A stretch of DNA of 64,000 nt. It comes from an uncultured Phycisphaerales bacterium. GTDB taxonomy: Bacteria > Planctomycetota > Phycisphaerae > Tepidisphaerales > Tepidisphaeraceae. This document shows, piece by piece, positions 50,678 through 60,406 of the stretch. The position numbers and the translations under genes were made by a program. Positions within the stretch are counted from its first letter, which is position 1, and each line of letters opens with the position of its first letter. Location of the stretch: assembly GCA_963758525.1 (NCBI GenBank), contig CAVWVQ010000005.1, forward strand, positions 1-64,000, in the 5' to 3' direction. The notes under the pieces were generated by a model that was not told the origin of the DNA, ran no database searches, and saw only the letters and a list, made by a program, of their open reading frames with translations.

Positions 50678-53600
50678 TCACTTATTCAGCGCCTCATCCA
50701 GATTCATCACCTGATTGGCCAGCATCGTCCAGGCGGCGTGCTCCGCCTGATCGAGCGAGGGGTTCGGCGCCGCCTCGCCCACGTGCAACAGATTGATCGC
50801 CTCGTCGTGATGGGCGCGATAGTACGCGAGCAGATCGTCGTATTCTGACCGGGCGATCGCAATTTCTTCCGTCCGGAACGGCCGGGCCAGAATGCGCTCG
50901 GTCACAAAATCGAGGCGGGAGTCGAAGGTCTTTCCGCCGGCAACGATCGCGTTCTGAGCGAGCACGCGGGCGGCCTCGACAAACTGCGTGTCGTTCATCG
51001 TGACCAGGGCCTGCAGCGGGGTGTCGGTGCGGTCGCGGCGCACCGTGCAGGTCTCGCGAGTCGGGGCATTAAAAATTTCCATGGACGGAGGCGCAGGCCT
51101 GACGTTTCCAGAAGGTATAGATGCTGCGCCGATAGAGGTTGTCGCCGTGGTCCTGGCGATAATCCCGCGTGTTACCGCCCTGCATTCCGACAACATCCCA
51201 GATATTGCCCGGCTGATACGGCCGGACACTCGGCCCGCCCATTGTCGGCGAGAGCAGACCGCTGGCTGCCAAAGCCGCATCGCGGAGCATTTCGCCATCC
51301 ATTCGGTATCGTGGGCCTGCGCCAGCAACCGGTTATCGGGATCGATCTCAATTTTCTCCGGTGTCTCCGTCGCCGCCTGCCGATAGGCGGCGGACATCAC
51401 CATCATTTTGAGCATCCGCTTGATATCCCAATGAGATTCGCGGAAATCGACGGCAAGCCAGTCGAGCAACTCCTGATTGGACGGCGCATCGCCCATGATG
51501 CCGAAATCTTCGGACGTTTTGACAATGCCCGTGCCGAAGAGTTCCTGCCAAAGCCGGTTGACCGCGACGCGCGCGGTGAGCGGGTTTTCCGGTTCGACCA
51601 TCCACTGGGCGAGCCCAAGGCGGTTGCGCGGCGCGCTGCTGGGGAAGGGGGGCAGCGACGCCGGAGTCATCGCTTCAAGCTTTTCGCGACGCTGGGCATA
51701 GTCGCCGCGGTAAAGCACGTACGCCACCGGCGGCGTCGGCTTTTCCTGCATGACCAGGCACTCGCCGCCGCGAGCTTCAATTTCCTTCTTTTTCTTGTCG
51801 AGGACGTCCACCTGGGATTCGAGCGCCATCGACTGCGGATCGAGAGTCTGCAGCCACCACCCGTACAGATCCGTCTTCTCCTTTTCCGATCGTGCCGCAG
51901 GCGCCTTGGACACGATTTCCGACATCTTCGCGACTCGCGCCAATTGAACCACGTCGGTGGGCGACAGTGCCCGTGTGTAAATCCGCAGATCCTGCACCAG
52001 CAACCCCACGATGGAGTTCTCGTGATCCCGCTGGCCGACTTTGAACGGGACCGTGGTGTGCGCACTTCCCTTGAGATCGTCAAACTCCACCTGAGTTTGC
52101 TGCGGCTCGCCATCCACATAAATGTGGTACCCCTTGGCCTTGCCCTTGCCGTCGTAGGTAATGCAGAAGTGATGCCACTTGCCGGGGTCCACTGCCTTCT
52201 TCGTCAGCACTTTGAGGGCGTCATCGCTCCAGTGGTGGATGATGTGGCCGCCGATGTGATTCTCCTGCACCCACATATCCCAGCCGCGATGATTGTCGAC
52301 GTCGGTCATGCGGGCGACGATGGATCCCGACCCATTGGCAATATGAGTCGGAAGCTTCGCCCAGACCGCGCACGAAAACGGTGTGTGGCCGTCAAAGTCG
52401 CCCACGTCGGTGATCGTCGGCGCAACGCCGCGCTGGGTTTCCAGCGCCTTGGGCATGACTTCGCCGGCCATCCAGGCAGGCTGCGGCGCATGCGCGACAG
52501 TTTGCGACGGCGGGTTGATTTCCCCCGGCTGAGTGGACGGCGGCAGCTTTTGGGCTGCCGGATCAGGCATCTGCGGGACGAGCGCGATGTCCCGCGGTTG
52601 AGAGTTGATCGTTGCGTGCGTTACATCGCCGGCGCCTTCATTGAGCGGGGCGAGCAACTGCATGTCGCGCTGCGGGATTTTTTTCCAGATCTGCCCGGGG
52701 TCGGCTGATGCGAGCCATTGCTCAAAATCGGCATGGCCGCTCTTCTCTCTCTGTTCAAGCTGGTTGTGCAACGCGTCGAAATCCGCCATGAGCTGGCGCC
52801 ACCGCGGCCGATCGTCATCGCGCGGGACAACGACCGACGGGGGCGAGTCCTTCACGTTGCCGTCGAGCGCGCCGCTGGTTCCGTTGCTGAGGAAAGCCGA
52901 AAGGGCATAAAAGTCCTTCTGGAGGATCGGGTCAAACTTGTGATCATGACAGACGGCGCATCCGACGGTCAGGCCCAGGCACAGGCGCCCGACGGTTTCG
53001 GTGCGATCGCGGGCATAGTTCACAAGATTCTCTTCAGCGATCGTGCCCCCTTCGTTGGTCGTCTCGTTGCAGCGCATGAAGCCCGAGGCAATCTGCTGAT
53101 CGAGCGTGGCATTGGGCAGAAGATCGCCGGCCAGTTGTTCGGTCAGGAACTGATCGAAGTGCATGTTGGCGTTGTACGCATGGATCACCCAATCGCGGTA
53201 GGGCCACATCTCGCGATAATTATCGAAATGCAGTCCGTGCGTATCGGCGTAGCGAGCGCCGTCGAGCCAGTAGCGGGCGTGATGCTCTCCATAGCGGGGG
53301 GAAGCGAGAAGGCGATCGACCACACGCTCATACGCGCCGTCAGATCGATCGCCAAGAAACGCCGCAATTTCCTCGGGCGTCGGTGGCAGCCCGATCAGGT
53401 CGAACGTGAGCCGGCGGATCAGCGTCCGTCGATCTGCCTCGGGCGCCGGCGTCAGCCCCCGGGCTTCCAGCTTCGCGAGAATGAATTGATCGATCGGATT
53501 CCGCACCCACGCGCTATTTTTCACGGACGGCGGCGTCGCCTTCACCGGCACGATCCACGACCAGTGCGGTTCCCAGGGTGCGCCCTGCTCGATCCAGCGT

Positions 53601-53947
53601 TTGATCAGGTCCTTTTCCTTCGCCGTGAGCGTCTTATGCGTCTTGGCAGGAGGCATGATCTCATCAGAATCGCTGCTGGTGATCCGTTGGAACACCAGGC
53701 TCTTCTGCGGATCGCCCTTAACGATCGGCGTGCCGTCTTTCCGCTCGGTAAAGAAGCCTTCCGCCCGGTCAAACCTCAATCCTTCCTTGCGTCCTCCCGG
53801 ATCAGGACCGTGGCAGGCAAAGCAGTTCTCCGTGAAGATCGGCCGGATATCGCGGTTAAACCGGATGGCGGCGTCATTGCCCGCCAGCGCGGAACCGCAC
53901 GGGACTCCGATCAGCAAAACGAGGGTGACAGTTACTTTTGAATGCAT
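50678..53947 (-). CDS. PSD1 / planctomycete cytochrome c / DUF1549-DUF1553 protein with LamG insert
   Basis: FNRDIRPI..CFACHG, NPIDQFI, CAVCHDHK, NPLTARV; compensating indels about 51100-51320. Confidence 0.9.
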   Translation of the reverse strand: MHSKVTVTLVLLIGVPCGSALAGNDAAIRFNRDIRPIFTENCFACHGPDPGGRKEGLRFDRAEGFFTERKDGTPIVKGDPQKSLVFQRITSSDSDEIMPPAKTHKTLTAKEKDLIKRWIEQGAPWEPHWSWIVPVKATPPSVKNSAWVRNPIDQFILAKLEARGLTPAPEADRRTLIRRLTFDLIGLPPTPEEIAAFLGDRSDGAYERVVDRLLASPRYGEHHARYWLDGARYADTHGLHFDNYREMWPYRDWVIHAYNANMHFDQFLTEQLAGDLLPNATLDQQIASGFMRCNETTNEGGTIAEENLVNYARDRTETVGRLCLGLTVGCAVCHDHKFDPILQKDFYALSAFLSNGTSGALDGNVKDSPPSVVVPRDDDRPRWRQLMADFDALHNQLEQREKSGHADFEQWLASADPGQIWKKIPQRDMQLLAPLNEGAGDVTHATINSQPRDIALVPQMPDPAAQKLPPSTQPGEINPPSQTVAHAPQPAWMAGEVMPKALETQRGVAPTITDVGDFDGHTPFSCAVWAKLPTHIANGSGSIVARMTDVDNHRGWDMWVQENHIGGHIIHHWSDDALKVLTKKAVDPGKWHHFCITYDGKGKAKGYHIYVDGEPQQTQVEFDDLKGSAHTTVPFKVGQRDHENSIVGLLVQDLRIYTRALSPTDVVQLARVAKMSEIVSKAPAARSEKEKTDLYGWWLQTLDPQSMALESQVDVLDKKKKEIEARGGECLVMQEKPTPPVAYVLYRGDYAQRREKLEAMTPASLPPFPSSAPRNRLGLAQWMVEPENPLTARVAVNRLWQELFGTGIVKTSEDFGIMGDAPSNQELLDWLAVDFRESHWDIKRMLKMMVMSAAYRQAATETPEKIEIDPDNRLLAQAHDTEWMAKCSAMRLWQPAVCSRRQWAGRVSGRISRAISGMLSECRAVTRGIIARTTATTSIGAASIPSGNVRPAPPSMEIFNAPTRETCTVRRDRTDTPLQALVTMNDTQFVEAARVLAQNAIVAGGKTFDSRLDFVTERILARPFRTEEIAIARSEYDDLLAYYRAHHDEAINLLHVGEAAPNPSLDQAEHAAWTMLANQVMNLDEALNK

Positions 53948-54039
53948 GTGGAGCACTGCCGCGAACGTCCCTAATTACCCCGGAGAACAAGCGTTGTTGA
54001 CGATTATACGTCGCTACGCCGCGTTGGATCGGCTCGGAA

Positions 54040-54678
54040 TTAAAGCTCGTTGGACGTCAGGATCTCGACCCGCCGGTCGACGATTCTCAGTCTCTTCTCG
54101 GCGAACAGCCGGATGGCTTGGGGGTACGCGAGCTTCTCTTCCTCAAATACCCGTGCCGAAAGCGTTTGAGGCGTGTCATTCTCTTCCACAGGGCAGCATC
54201 GCTGCACGATGATGGGGCCGCTGTCGTAGCTGCCATCGACGAAGTGAACCGTGCATCCGCTGACCTTGCACCCGTACGCTAGCACCGCTTCGTGGACGTG
54301 CTGTCCATACATCCCTTTGCCGCCAAAACCGGGAAGCAGCGCGGGATGAATGTTCATCGTTTTTCCGACGAATGCCGGGGGAATTTCCAGCAGACAGAGC
54401 CAGCCGCCCAGGCAGACCAGATCGACCTCCGCATCCGCACAGAGGGAGAAAACCTGTTTGCTGAAGTCGGCGCAGTCTTCAGTCTGCCGACGGTCAACGA
54501 CGAAATTCATGATCTTCGCGGCAGCGGCCCGTTTCAATCCGCCAAGATCCGGTCGCGAGCCGATGACGAGCTTGATTTGTGCGTTCAACTGCCCGGCGGC
54601 GATGACGTCGATCAGGTTCTGCAGCGTCGTCCCGCCGCCGCTAACCAGCACGGCAATTTGCAGGGGTTTGTCGCTCAT
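54040..54678 (-). CDS. purN: Phosphoribosylglycinamide formyltransferase
   Basis: SGGGTTLQ, NIHPALLP, SGCTVHFV, DSGPII. Confidence 0.96.
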   Translation of the reverse strand: MSDKPLQIAVLVSGGGTTLQNLIDVIAAGQLNAQIKLVIGSRPDLGGLKRAAAAKIMNFVVDRRQTEDCADFSKQVFSLCADAEVDLVCLGGWLCLLEIPPAFVGKTMNIHPALLPGFGGKGMYGQHVHEAVLAYGCKVSGCTVHFVDGSYDSGPIIVQRCCPVEENDTPQTLSARVFEEEKLAYPQAIRLFAEKRLRIVDRRVEILTSNEL

Positions 54679-57605
54679 GTCTGGCTCGCCCTGACAACTG
54701 CCGCGTCGCGCAGGCTCAGGTCAGGATATTCCGGATCATTGCCGACGTCCGGCCGGCGCTTCCAGCTTCGGGCGCAGGCGGGATAAAGCGCGCGACGGTC
54801 CAGCACTTTTACAACAACAGCCGACCCCGCCGTCCCCTTTTCCGCGAAGGAATGGAAGCCCGCGCCGACGAGGTCTTCCATGTCTGACCCGTACGACTGC
54901 AGGCGTTGGCGCACGGCATCGTCATCGACGTAATAGACCACTTCCGCCTCGGACGCTTTGTTGAGCCCTGCCTCCTTCTTCAGCGCATCGAGTTGAAGCA
55001 ACGCGCTGTCGCGCAGTTCCATCAGCAATTTCCATTCGCGCTGCTGCCCTTCGGATGGCTCCGCGCCTGATCCTTCGGGAAGCAGCGCCAGATGCACGCT
55101 CGGCACATCCGCCTCTCCGTCAGGCTTGCACCGGATATATTCCCACACTTCGTCGGCGGTGAAAACCAGCATCGGCGCCAGCAGCTTGGCCAGCGCGATG
55201 ACGATGCGGTGCAGCACGGTCTGCGAACGCCGGCGCAATGGGGACCAGGCGGCTTCGCAATAGAGACGATCCTTCATCGCGTTGCCGTAGATCGCGCTGA
55301 TCTGCACCGCGCAGAAATCGTAGACGAGCCGGAAGGCGCGATGAAGCTGATAATGATCGTACGCGTCGACCACCTGGGCGATCAGCTTGTCCAGCTCGAA
55401 GAGCGCCCAGCCGTCTAGACTGTTTTGCGGAATCTCCACGACGGCTGCCCGCGGGTCGAAGTCATAAAGATTCGCCAGCAGAAACCGGAGGGTGTTGCGG
55501 ATCTTGCGATATTTCTCGCCGAAGGCTCCGATCACCTTCGGGCTGACCGGAATGTCCGCCTGATAGTCGATGCTGCAGCACCAGAGGCGTAGCAAGTCCG
55601 CTCCGTGCAGCTCGATTTCCCGCGTGGCGGTCACGTATTCCGGATCGCTCTTGCTGACCTTCCTGCCATCGGGTTTGACGGCAAAGCCGTGGGTCAGCAC
55701 TTGCTTGAATGGCGCCGCGCCGGTCGCCCCGATGCTCGGCAGCAGCGAAAGCTGAAACCAGCCGCGGTGCTGGTCGGAGCCTTCCAGATAGAGATCGGCC
55801 GGAAATTTCAGCTCCGGCCGCGCCTGCAAAACCGCGTGCCATGAGCTTCCGCTCTCGAACCAGACATCGAAGATGTCTTTCTCCTTCCGCAATGATTCCG
55901 CGGAAAAGCCCGGCGGATAGCGGAAGCTGGCTCCCAGCAGCTCGGCGGGCGAATCGCTGAACCACGCCTCGCTTCCCTTCTCCGCAAAACGACGCGAGAC
56001 TGCCCGCACGGACTCGGGCGTGAGCAGTGCGTGCCCCTGGTCGTTGTAGAAAACCGGGATTGGCAATCCCCACGCCCGCTGCCGCGAGATGCACCAGTCC
56101 GGCCGCGACTGCAGCATGCCGGTGATGCGGTGCTTTCCCGAGTCGGGAACAAACTCAACCGAACTCGCGCACGCCTCGATCGCGCGCTGCCGAAGCGTTT
56201 TGTCTTCGGTGCCGTAAGGGTCGTTGAGCGCGATAAACCACTGCTCGGTCGCGCGGAAGATGATCGGGGTTTTGCTGCGCCAATCGTGCGGGTAGCTATG
56301 AGTGATTTTCGCTTCCGCGAAGAGCAAGCCATGCCTTAGCAACTCGGCGATGATCAGAGGGTTCGACTCTTTGGTGGTTTTGCCCCGGATGAATTCGGGG
56401 ACGGTGTCATCAAACCGGCCGCTGGCGAGCACGGGGCTGTAGATGTCCAACCCGTTGCGCATGCCCGTTTCGTAGTCATCTTCGCCGTGCCCGGGGGCGG
56501 TGTGGACCAGCCCGGTGCCATCGGTGGTGGTGACGTAATCGGCCGTGACGACTTTCGACTTTCGCGGGATGAACGGATGGGAGTATTCGATTCCCGCAAG
56601 ATCTGATCCTTTCACGGCGCGTTCGGTCATCACCACGTGCGGCCTATCCTTGAAGACCTTGCCGACCAGGTCGAGAGCCACGATCGCGACACGGCGGGTG
56701 GTTTGCTGTCCGCGGAGTCTCGGCGCCGACTGAGCGGAAGATGCCGGCTCGCTGACCCCCTCCCCTGGTACTCCAGTGGAGGGAAAGGGGTCGCTCTCAG
56801 TCGCGCCCCGAACCTCGTACTCGACGGGGACATAGGTCACTTCCGGATGCACTGCGATCGCAAGATTGGCCGGCAGCGTCCAGGGGGTTGTCGTCCAGGC
56901 CAGCAGATGGGCACCCTCGCCGAAATCTGAGCCGATCAACGGAAATTCCACGAAGATGCTGGTGTCTTCAACATCCTGATATTCCAGTTCCGCATCGGCC
57001 AGCGCCGTCTGGTTGCGGACCGACCAGGGCACCGGCTTCAGCTTCTTGTAGACCAGACCCGCTTCGACGAACTTTGCAAAGACCTCGAGCGTTGCCGATT
57101 CGTAACTGGGTCGGAGCGTGAGATAGGGCTTCTCCCAGTCGCCGAGAATTCCCAATCGCTGAAACTGCCGGCTCTGAATCGCCACGAACTTCTCGGCATA
57201 GTCGAAGCAATGCTTGCGAATCTCCGGCACGCTCATTTCGCGCAGCTTCGAGCCGAGTTGCTCCTGAATTTTGTGTTCGATCGGCAGGCCGTGACAGTCC
57301 CAGCCGGGCACATACGGCGTCTGGTATCCCTGCATCGTGCGGAACCGCAGGATCACGTCCTTCAGCGTCTTGTTGATCACGTGCCCGATGTGAATGTCCC
57401 CGTTGGCAAAAGGAGGACCGTCGTGCAGCACCCACTTCTCGCCGGCAGCGCGGGCGGAAAGAACCTTGGCATAGAGATTCATCTCCTGCCATTTGCGCAG
57501 CCGCGCCGGCTCATTGGCGACAAGCTTGGCCTCCATCGGGAACTGTGTCTCGGGGAGGTTCAGCGTCTGCTTGTAGTTCTTTTTTTGCGGGGTTTCCGTT
57601 GCCAT
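54675..57605 (-). CDS. ileS: Isoleucine--tRNA ligase
   Basis: LHDGPP, HIGH, GWDCHGLP, WTTTPWT, GTGLVH, WCISRQR, KVSKS. Confidence 0.97.
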   Translation of the reverse strand: MATETPQKKNYKQTLNLPETQFPMEAKLVANEPARLRKWQEMNLYAKVLSARAAGEKWVLHDGPPFANGDIHIGHVINKTLKDVILRFRTMQGYQTPYVPGWDCHGLPIEHKIQEQLGSKLREMSVPEIRKHCFDYAEKFVAIQSRQFQRLGILGDWEKPYLTLRPSYESATLEVFAKFVEAGLVYKKLKPVPWSVRNQTALADAELEYQDVEDTSIFVEFPLIGSDFGEGAHLLAWTTTPWTLPANLAIAVHPEVTYVPVEYEVRGATESDPFPSTGVPGEGVSEPASSAQSAPRLRGQQTTRRVAIVALDLVGKVFKDRPHVVMTERAVKGSDLAGIEYSHPFIPRKSKVVTADYVTTTDGTGLVHTAPGHGEDDYETGMRNGLDIYSPVLASGRFDDTVPEFIRGKTTKESNPLIIAELLRHGLLFAEAKITHSYPHDWRSKTPIIFRATEQWFIALNDPYGTEDKTLRQRAIEACASSVEFVPDSGKHRITGMLQSRPDWCISRQRAWGLPIPVFYNDQGHALLTPESVRAVSRRFAEKGSEAWFSDSPAELLGASFRYPPGFSAESLRKEKDIFDVWFESGSSWHAVLQARPELKFPADLYLEGSDQHRGWFQLSLLPSIGATGAAPFKQVLTHGFAVKPDGRKVSKSDPEYVTATREIELHGADLLRLWCCSIDYQADIPVSPKVIGAFGEKYRKIRNTLRFLLANLYDFDPRAAVVEIPQNSLDGWALFELDKLIAQVVDAYDHYQLHRAFRLVYDFCAVQISAIYGNAMKDRLYCEAAWSPLRRRSQTVLHRIVIALAKLLAPMLVFTADEVWEYIRCKPDGEADVPSVHLALLPEGSGAEPSEGQQREWKLLMELRDSALLQLDALKKEAGLNKASEAEVVYYVDDDAVRQRLQSYGSDMEDLVGAGFHSFAEKGTAGSAVVVKVLDRRALYPACARSWKRRPDVGNDPEYPDLSLRDAAVVRASQT

Positions 57606-57699
57606 GATCTTCGTTCGGTTCGGTAACTCGTTCTTGAGCGATTGCAAACTTCGATGGTCCATCTGCGCAGCGGCTCCTCGCGACCAAATCAAAGAGTCA

Positions 57700-57803
57700 T
57701 TGCCACAAAAAGCACAAAAGACACAAAAAAATCAAATCCCCGTTGCATGCACTTTCGGTTGATCCCTTCCGATCCGATCTTCTTTTTGAGTCTTTTGTGG
57801 CAA
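57700..57803. repeat. 9-nt periodic hairpin, downstream flank of the GxxExxY gene
   Basis: TTGCCACAAAAAGCACAAAAGACACAAAA ... TTTTGAGTCTTTTGTGGCAA. Confidence 0.8.
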
Positions 57804-57856
57804 ATCTCTTCGTCTTTCCCCTTACGCAGCCGCGGAAACGCACAACACAACTAGAG

Positions 57857-58276
57857 CTAGTCTAACGTCGACCCTTCCCCAAGTGACTGCCCCGCATCGT
57901 ATTTGTTCAGAATGAACTTGCGGATCTGATACCTCCCGGCGCCGAAGTTGATCAGCAGCCCATGTTCGATGCCCGACGCTCGCAGGTAGCCAAGAACTTG
58001 AGCAACGTGTTCATCTGTGATCGCCTTGCATGCTTTGACCTCGACGATAAGCCGGCCTTCGACGAAGATATCAGCGAAATACTCCCCAAGCACCGTTCCG
58101 TCTTCGTCGCGCACCTCCAGAGGGTGTTGAGGCAGGGGACGCAAACCGATTTTGCCAAGGCGGTGCAGCAAGCCATTTTCATACACCTTTTCCAGGTGCC
58201 CACCCCCCAGAAAGCGATGCAGGGCAAAGCCGGTCTCACGAATCGTGTCGCATAGTGCGTTGATGTCATCGTTCAT
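57857..58276 (-). CDS. GxxExxY protein (PD-(D/E)XK nuclease superfamily)
   Basis: GHLEKVYE, ADIFVE...VEVK, AQVLGYL, GLLINFG. Confidence 0.92.
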   Translation of the reverse strand: MNDDINALCDTIRETGFALHRFLGGGHLEKVYENGLLHRLGKIGLRPLPQHPLEVRDEDGTVLGEYFADIFVEGRLIVEVKACKAITDEHVAQVLGYLRASGIEHGLLINFGAGRYQIRKFILNKYDAGQSLGEGSTLD

Positions 58277-58301
58277 TGGGAACTCCAGAAGGGAAAAGAG
58301 A

Positions 58302-58432
58302 AATTGCCACAAAAGCACAAAAGACACAAAAAAATTCATCGGGCCACTTCTTGGTGGGTGCATGTGCTCTCTTCTGCTCTGCGTCGGATTTCTTTTTGTA
58401 TCTTTTGTGTTTTTTGTGTTTTTGCGGCAATT
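58302..58432. repeat. 9-nt periodic hairpin, upstream flank of the GxxExxY gene
   Basis: AATTGCCACAAAAGCACAAAAGACACAAAA ... TTTTGTGTTTTTTGTGTTTTTGCGGCAATT. Confidence 0.85.
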
Positions 58433-58491
58433 ATTCTGTCTTCAGACCGTTGGCCGCCGCGCATCGTGTTTGGACGAAATAAACTTGCGCT

Positions 58492-59928
58492 TCACAGTCC
58501 GGCATACTTGCCTGCCTGGCCTTCGCCACCGGTCGTCAGAGAGGTCGTTACTGTATCGGCCGCCGCGGGCGGCTCCAAGTGAATGCTTCGCCATCCGCCT
58601 CGGGCAAATCGGCGATACATGAACAGTCCGAGGATCACGCCGTAGACCGTCGCGACGGACCAGGGGCCGGCCGGTCCGAATCGAGGGAAGAGCTTCGCCG
58701 TCACGTATCCGCCGAACACGGTGATTCCCCAGCAGAGAACCCCGGTCGCAATCGCCGGTACAAAAGTGTCGCCGGCGCCGCGTAGCGCTCCGTTGTAAAC
58801 GATGTAGAGGGCATCGAAGAACTGATAAACCGCGGCAAAGACGAGCATCGTTGCGCCCATCCGCATCACTTGCGGATCGCTGTCGAACAGGCGAATAAAG
58901 GAATACCGTCCGAAATAGAAGATCAGCCCGCAACTGACCATATAGATGGCAGTGAGTCCGAATCCGAGCCGGGCCCGGGCGGCGGCCACATCCGGCTCAC
59001 CGCGGCCGATGTAACGCCCGACCAGCGCCGTCACCGCGGTCCCCACGCCAAAGGCCGGCATGAAGCTGACGACCATGTAGCGCATCATATACGTCTGCGC
59101 CGTCATGGCCGCGGTTCCGAATTGACCCATCACCCACATTCCGAAGAGCGACCATGCCAGGACGTCGGCCACAATCTGGACGCCGGAGGGAATGCCGATC
59201 CGCAGCAGCGTGAGCATCTGCTGTCGCCGCAATTTGAAATCCAGCACGTTATACAGCCGTCGTCCCTCGCCGTGCGCCACGGAGAACAGCAGCAAGCCGG
59301 TTTCCACGGCGACTCCGGCGTTCTGCCCCCAGGCCGATCCCGCGATTCCCAAGCGGGGCAGCCCGCCATGGCCGAAGATCAGCATCCACGCCGCCAGCGC
59401 ATTGGCACTTACCCCGACGATCGTGGAGAGCAGCACGGGATTCGGCCGATTCGTCGCCAGCAGAAATTGGCCGAATGCTACGCCGAGGAGTTTGAAGACC
59501 GAGCCGGCGAGAACGATCCGCAGATAAATTCCCTCGTCCTCCGCCAGCCGCGGCTCGTGCCCCATCCAAAGAAACACATGCTGTGCAACCGGCATCAGTG
59601 AAACAAACAGCGCCGCCGCAATCAGCGCAAACCAGATTCCCTGCCAGAGAAATCTGCCGCACTCGGCAAACTCGCGCCGGCCGAAGCTCTGGCTCGCCAG
59701 CGTATTGACGACAAAGAGGACGCCGACCCCGAGGCTGATCACTGAAAACGTAAACAGCCCGGCGTTGCCGCCGGCCGTGGCTTCGGTCGCGCCGACGCGT
59801 GAGAGCATCAGCGTGTCGACGAACTGCATGATGGTGTACGACGCCATCTGCGCCACCGTCGGCGCAGCAAGAGTGAGCAGTTCGACCAGCGGCGATGCCG
59901 CCCTTTCCTCCGACCCGTCTGCTTCCAT
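58492..59928 (-). CDS. MATE family efflux transporter
   Basis: LAAPTV, FVDTLM, LRIGIPSG, GALRGAGDT; about 12 TM helices. Confidence 0.92.
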   Translation of the reverse strand: MEADGSEERAASPLVELLTLAAPTVAQMASYTIMQFVDTLMLSRVGATEATAGGNAGLFTFSVISLGVGVLFVVNTLASQSFGRREFAECGRFLWQGIWFALIAAALFVSLMPVAQHVFLWMGHEPRLAEDEGIYLRIVLAGSVFKLLGVAFGQFLLATNRPNPVLLSTIVGVSANALAAWMLIFGHGGLPRLGIAGSAWGQNAGVAVETGLLLFSVAHGEGRRLYNVLDFKLRRQQMLTLLRIGIPSGVQIVADVLAWSLFGMWVMGQFGTAAMTAQTYMMRYMVVSFMPAFGVGTAVTALVGRYIGRGEPDVAAARARLGFGLTAIYMVSCGLIFYFGRYSFIRLFDSDPQVMRMGATMLVFAAVYQFFDALYIVYNGALRGAGDTFVPAIATGVLCWGITVFGGYVTAKLFPRFGPAGPWSVATVYGVILGLFMYRRFARGGWRSIHLEPPAAADTVTTSLTTGGEGQAGKYAGL

Positions 59929-59984
59929 TATCCTCGCTCCGAGTGTTGTCTTCCGCGAAGCCCATTGTAGACGCGCGGGTTCGC

Positions 59985-60111
59985 AGTCATCCTGGGTTAG
60001 CCGCGACGCGCAGCGGAGCGCGTATTCGCGGGATTGCACGAGCGGTGAAACTGCGCCGTCTCTCGTTCGAATACGCGCTCCGCTGCGCGTCGCGGCTAAC
60101 CCAGGATGACT
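59985..60111. repeat. 44-bp perfect inverted repeat
   Basis: 59985-60028 and 60068-60111 are exact reverse complements; 39-nt spacer. Confidence 0.9.
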
Positions 60112-60177
60112 CGCGCGGCAATTGCACGTGGCCGACCGTTCCGCGGAAGCCGAACGAGCGAGACGGGTTTTCAGTTT

Positions 60178-60237
60178 ATTGTGGTGCGGGCTTGCAGCCT
60201 GCGATCTGAGAAGCAGGCTGCACGCCTGCGCCACAAT
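60178..60237. repeat. GTGG-type REP doublet
   Basis: ATTGTGGTGCGGGCTTGCAGCCTGC / GCAGGCTGCACGCCTGCGCCACAAT. Confidence 0.75.
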
Positions 60238-60406
60238 ATGCGATCGACGCCAGAGCGTCGAAACTCCGCATTTATTCATGCAACGCAGGAAGTCACCGTT
60301 ACAATGCTCGCATGTCGGATTCCGCGACAACGTTCGCCAGCGGCGGCGGGCTTAATCCGCGGCCCGCGGCGGTAATTCCCCGCGCACATCGGGCAGGCTC
60401 TCGTTC

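Noticed and set aside
49246..53941. Long plus-strand ORFs of 400-500 aa
   Set aside because: Antisense shadows of the DUF1501 and PSD1 genes, typical of GC-rich DNA.
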